This document shows, in pieces, positions 9,631 through 13,143 of a stretch of 13,143 nucleotides of DNA. The stretch is from NCBI GenBank assembly GCA_043228905.1, contig JBHGNT010000991.1, forward strand, positions 1 to 13,143. Direction: 5' to 3'. This stretch comes from Azolla caroliniana (Eukaryota > Plantae > Polypodiophyta). Under the pieces are notes generated by a model. The model was not told the origin of the DNA, made no database searches, and was given only the letters and a program-made list of their open reading frames with translations. A program made the position numbers and the translations under genes. Position 1 is the first letter of the stretch. Each line of letters begins with the position of its first letter.

Positions 9631-9860
9631 TTTATGTCCATATCTCCCATGTCTTCGTGTCCATCTCTCTCGTGTCTTCGTGTCCATCTCTCTCCCATGT
9701 CTTCGTGTCCATCTCTCTCGTGTCTTCGTGTTCATCTCTCTCTAGTGTCTTCTTGTCTGATCTCACTTGGTGTCTTCATGACCATTTGTCTTGAGTCTTC
9801 TTGTCTAATCTCCCCATTTGTCTTCATGTCCATCTCTCTTTGTTGTCTTCATTATGTGTC
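9631..9860. repeat. 23/25-bp minisatellite, ~9 copies
   Basis: Consensus TGTCTTCGTGTCCATCTCTCTC(G/CCA). Units start at 9650, 9673, 9698, 9721, 9746, 9771, 9794, 9819 and 9844, and degenerate rightwards. Confidence 0.9.
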
Positions 9861-9884
9861 CCCTCCAATCCTCTGTAAGAAGGA

Positions 9885-10066
9885 AATGGGAGCTTTTGGA
9901 GGAATGGAAAGGAAATCCTTCTTCCTGCCATAGCCAACGAACTGTAATGGAGCTTTTGGAGGAATGGGAAGGAAATCCTTCTTCCTGCCATAGCCAACCA
10001 ACAGTAATGGAGCTTTTGGAGGAATGGAAAGGAAAATCCTTCGTCCAGCCATAGCCAATTAACTGT
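9885..10066. repeat. 60-bp tandem repeat, 3 copies
   Basis: AATGGAGCTTTTGGAGGAATGG(A/G)AAGGAAATCCTTCTTCCTGCCATAGCCAAC.AAC.GT starting at 9885, 9946 and 10006. Confidence 0.95.
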
Positions 10067-10317
10067 ATGAACGAACCAGGCTGTCTGTGCGCTGTGGTGT
10101 GTGTAGGGCCTAGGCCACGACGATGGAGACAGACTGACATACCGGAATCGCTCCATCTCTCTCACACGTCTGAGTGCACACTCACCTTTTCCTTGAATCT
10201 CTGCTTCATCATGTCCTCACAGTGTCGATGAATCTGTGTCTCTCCTTCACATCATCCAGTTTTGTTCCTGGCAAAAATCAAGCGGCACTTTTGAGCAGTA
10301 TCCACCAGTACAAAAGT

Positions 10318-10709
10318 ATGGAAAAGAATGGCAATGCTCAGTCTGTAGGCGTGGATCTGGAAAGTCCGTTGCTGCTCCATGGACCTATATCTAAATCGGC
10401 ATCTCGCAATATGCATGAGCGTGAAGAAATCTTCAAGGAATCAGACAATGATGATGATGATTACCATTATTCTGATGATGATGAATCTTATGTGAATAAT
10501 GTCCATGGTAGCATGTCTGATGATGATGAATCTCGGGTAAAGGATGTCGATTGTGTACAGAATGTTGATGATGGATGTTGTACAAGGGAAGGATGTAATG
10601 TAGACACTGTTTCTAGTGGCCCCACCATCGAAAGCCTGGATTATGATCCCATTCACAGTATTGTATATGCTAAGACTGCCAAAAAACCTCAGAAAAGGAA
10701 GTTTTATGG
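10318..10709 (+). CDS. CLC: CLC-family anion channel/transporter, first coding exon (an upstream in-frame ATG at 10228 is also possible)
   Basis: aaaagtATGG context. Acidic N-terminus ending TIESLDYDPIHSIVY; ESLDY is the N-terminal motif of plant CLC-a/b/c/d/g and animal ClC-6/7. Donor GG|gtaatc. Confidence 0.85.
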
Positions 10710-10850
10710 GTAATCTAATCTATAACCTTTATATAAAAAGAAAAGGTGATTTTTAGGTGTATGCTAACCTGTTTTGAGAAAAAAAAACAAATTAAAACAA
10801 TTGAATTGAAGATAACATATTAAAGAAATTGAATGTTATCAACAAATGAA

Positions 10851-11112
10851 AGCAATTAGCCTGAAGTCATTATGATTGACAATAGAAGATTTATCAGCGT
10901 ATCATATTAAAGCAGTTAGATTGAAGTAATCGTGGGGGATGACAGAAGGTTTAGCGACCTAGTGAATATTTTTTTTAAAATTGAAGGAATCATGATCAAC
11001 AATAGAAGACAAATTAAAGCAAGTAATAATGGTTGACAACAGAAGGCTTCCTTAGATTTAGAGATTTGAAGCATTTCTAAACATTGAAGCAATCATGATT
11101 AATAATATAAGT
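10851..11112. repeat. Degenerate ~60-bp-period repeat in CLC intron 1
   Basis: Core TGAAG.AAT.ATGATTGACAA.AGAAG recurs at about 10862, 10922, 10982, 11021 (partial) and 11085. Confidence 0.65.
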
Positions 11113-11437
11113 CTTGAATATTAACTTTCCATCTAACAAAATGTTCCGCGAGTAGAGTCCTATAGATTTGTACTACATTGGGAGATCGTGTAGCACTACA
11201 TTAGATTTAGGATTTGCATTTCCTTACTTTGAGCTTACTACTAGTATTAGCTAGAATGAAGGAAATAAGAGGATGCATGGTAAATGCACCAAGTGGGTAG
11301 CCATCCCTTACGTATCCATTTGTGCATATAAATACAATTGTTTTGATTCCTTGTTTATTCTCTACATAGAGTTAATCCAGTTTGATTATCATGTTATATG
11401 TGGTCCTCATGGTGGCCATTCTCTCTTCTGCATATAG

Positions 11438-11496
11438 GTATTCTGGAATCACTTTCACCAAATGGACTCTAACTATACTTATCGGAGCCATAGTTG
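11438..11496 (+). CDS. CLC: CLC exon 2
   Basis: Acceptor catatag|G, donor G|gtgagt. Encodes (G)YSGITFTKWTLTILIGAIV(G), matching the CLC helix B pattern KW.....IG...G. Confidence 0.9.
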
Positions 11497-12517
11497 GTGA
11501 GTATGTTGTCCCCAACACTAGATGGGTAAGATTGTGTATAATATATATAGACCCCGAACCAATGGTGAGGGGTTGTTCTAATCATGATGTTAGAAAACAA
11601 AACTCATGACCATGGGGCATATGACAAAATTTGTAATGTCCATGTTAGGGGTAATATGACAATATTAGAATAAGCTCATAGATTTCATCGATTAAGTTTC
11701 GACTAGTTGTGTAGGTTATCACTATCGAGAGTTAACTACTCCGTAAAAACGTTGTCACTCACTTTATATCCCAATTTGTGATTTCATTGGCATTGGTATA
11801 GAATTCTCAATCCTTGGGCAGGGTTGCGGAAATCAAAGATTTAGTGACGGTCTTGGTATGGCTCACTCCATTGTGTTTATTGTTTTGGGATGACAATGCA
11901 ATTGAAGTGAATGGGCTTTACAATGAGCGTGTAACCTTAGATCCTTCACGTTTGACTTGATCCCACCTAGAAAACCTTAACATTACAAAGCAAAGACATT
12001 TTTACCAACTCACCACAATATTTATACATTGAAAGGTAGAATTGTAACAATTTCTGTTGGGCGTAGTAAATGAAACATTTTCGGACAAAAATGCAATGTA
12101 TATAAACAAACTTGAACCCAAAACCTTCACGTGATAAAGTATTAAACTTTAGTATTAATTACAACATGAGTGATGTTTATGCATGTAATTTATGGCTACA
12201 ATTTCCTCTGCATATTATACACATAAGTATGTGAAGGCAATGAAATGCTTTTCACAAATGTGCTTCAGCACGTACTGCTTTGGTCAGAGGTTCGAGCCTC
12301 CTCCCTTTCTTTATTTGAAAAGCAATTTGAAACTTTTTGAATGTCGAGATTATTGGGAAATGATTTAGATGGATGCTGCTACTCCTCTCTCAGCCATGCT
12401 TCTGTTTTCTTCTCTGCTCAGGCTATGGAAACCAAACTGCAATCTTCTGAACGACAAAGCCAAGTTGTTACCAAGAAATAATATTCCCTGAATTCGTTTT
12501 CATTCCTTCTTTCACAG

Positions 12518-12570
12518 GATGCATAGCATATTGTATATCATATTTCCAGGGACTTATAATAGATTACAAA
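12518..12570 (+). CDS. CLC: CLC exon 3 (absent from the ORF track)
   Basis: Acceptor ttcacag|GA, donor AAA|gtaagt. Encodes (G)CIAYCISYFQGLIIDYK. Phases 1/0 bridge exons 2 and 4 exactly. Confidence 0.85.
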
Positions 12571-12673
12571 GTAAGTACTTTTGAGGATCAGGATATATTT
12601 GTTTTATTATTATTCATTTTCTTTCTCTGAAACATTCCCAAATATGCTTAGATGTTTGTTAGCTTTTGTGCAG

Positions 12674-12808
12674 AGGACGTGGACACAGAGTACGATAGAA
12701 CATGGGCTTTGGATTTCCTTCATAGGCTATGCAGGTTTTAGTATTATGCTGGTTACTCTGTCAAGCTGTTTAGTATTATTTTGGGCTCCAGCTGCATCTG
12801 GTGGTGGG
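12674..12808 (+). CDS. CLC: CLC exon 4
   Basis: Acceptor gtgcag|AGG, donor GGG|gtatgc; 135 nt. Encodes RTWTQSTIEHGLWISFIGYAGFSIMLVTLSSCLVLFWAPAASGGG, i.e. helix C and the AP.A.G.G loop. Confidence 0.9.
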
Positions 12809-12934
12809 GTATGCAATGTTTATTCTTTTATGAGCCTAAGGTTACTTTAAACACATACACACATAATATGTATATATATTATGTACATATGCATATGTCA
12901 CAAGTATATATTTGTTAATGTTCATATGTTGCAG

Positions 12935-13009
12935 GTAACACTTGTCATGGCTTATCTGAATGGCAATGAGATTCCTGATCTCTTAGGAGTGAGGACACTT
13001 GTGACCAAG
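12935..13009 (+). CDS. CLC: CLC exon 5
   Basis: Acceptor ttgcag|GTA, donor AAG|gtcttt; 75 nt. Encodes VTLVMAYLNGNEIPDLLGVRTLVTK, matching CLC AYLNG..IP......TL..K. Confidence 0.9.
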
Positions 13010-13108
13010 GTCTTTATCGACATTAAATTGATTGACCCACTTGAGTCTTTAAACATGCCATATCTGGAGTTCGAATGAAAATATTTGTTTTTTTTGGTTT
13101 TCTTATAG

Positions 13109-13143
13109 ATCTTGGGAACAATATGTACGATATCTTCTGGATT
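13109..13143 (+). CDS. CLC: CLC exon 6, cut by the window edge
   Basis: Acceptor ttatag|ATC. Encodes ILGTICTISSG, matching helix E (K)I.G.I..V..GL, just before the G(K/R)EGP motif, which lies outside the window. Confidence 0.85.
   Translation, partial: MLGTICTISSG

Noticed and set aside
9631-10066. Possible CRISPR array
   Set aside because: Units are contiguous tandem copies without unique spacers, the context is eukaryotic, and no cas genes are present.
9451-10165. Cluster of overlapping ORFs on both strands (RERERE, SLSLSL, repeated peptides)
   Set aside because: They are by-products of the microsatellite, minisatellite and 60-bp repeats; no protein-family motif is recognisable.
10441-10656. 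Antisense ORF rich in Ile
   Set aside because: It is the shadow of the GAT (Asp) repeats in CLC exon 1.
12105-12300. B-box-like motifs (reverse complement of cttgaaccc at 12111; ggttcgagcc at 12289) suggesting a tRNA or SINE
   Set aside because: No correctly spaced A-box, cloverleaf, tail or TSD was found.
12416-12480. Extra CLC exon after the acceptor-like ctgctcag at ~12421
   Set aside because: Exon 2 already joins 12518 in phase and gives a continuous helix B; no CLC-like peptide or convincing donor is present here.

Overview
AT-rich, intron-containing land-plant genomic DNA; the retroelement motifs resemble fern-type families as I recall them, which is inference only. Two genes are transcribed divergently, about 3.1 kb apart. 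The minus strand carries the 5' half of PEX2 (peroxisomal RING E3 ligase), with exons at 7167-7109 (tentative), 3017-2954, 2880-2764, 2291-2129 and 1939-1803, continuing off the left edge. The plus strand carries the 5' part of a CLC-family anion channel/transporter, with six exons from about 10318 to the right edge. The PEX2 introns hold two oppositely oriented decayed copies of one LINE family and a ~1 kb internally deleted Ty1/copia element that keeps both LTRs, the PBS and the PPT. The intergenic region has a Mutator-like MITE with a perfect 9-bp TSD, an AACCG-rich inverted repeat and a block of micro- and minisatellites. The most notable signal is that the cleanly spliced CLC has a non-canonical selectivity-filter loop, GGGVTLVM instead of G(S/P)GIPE(V/I)K. 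All alignments were done by eye and no database searches were run.
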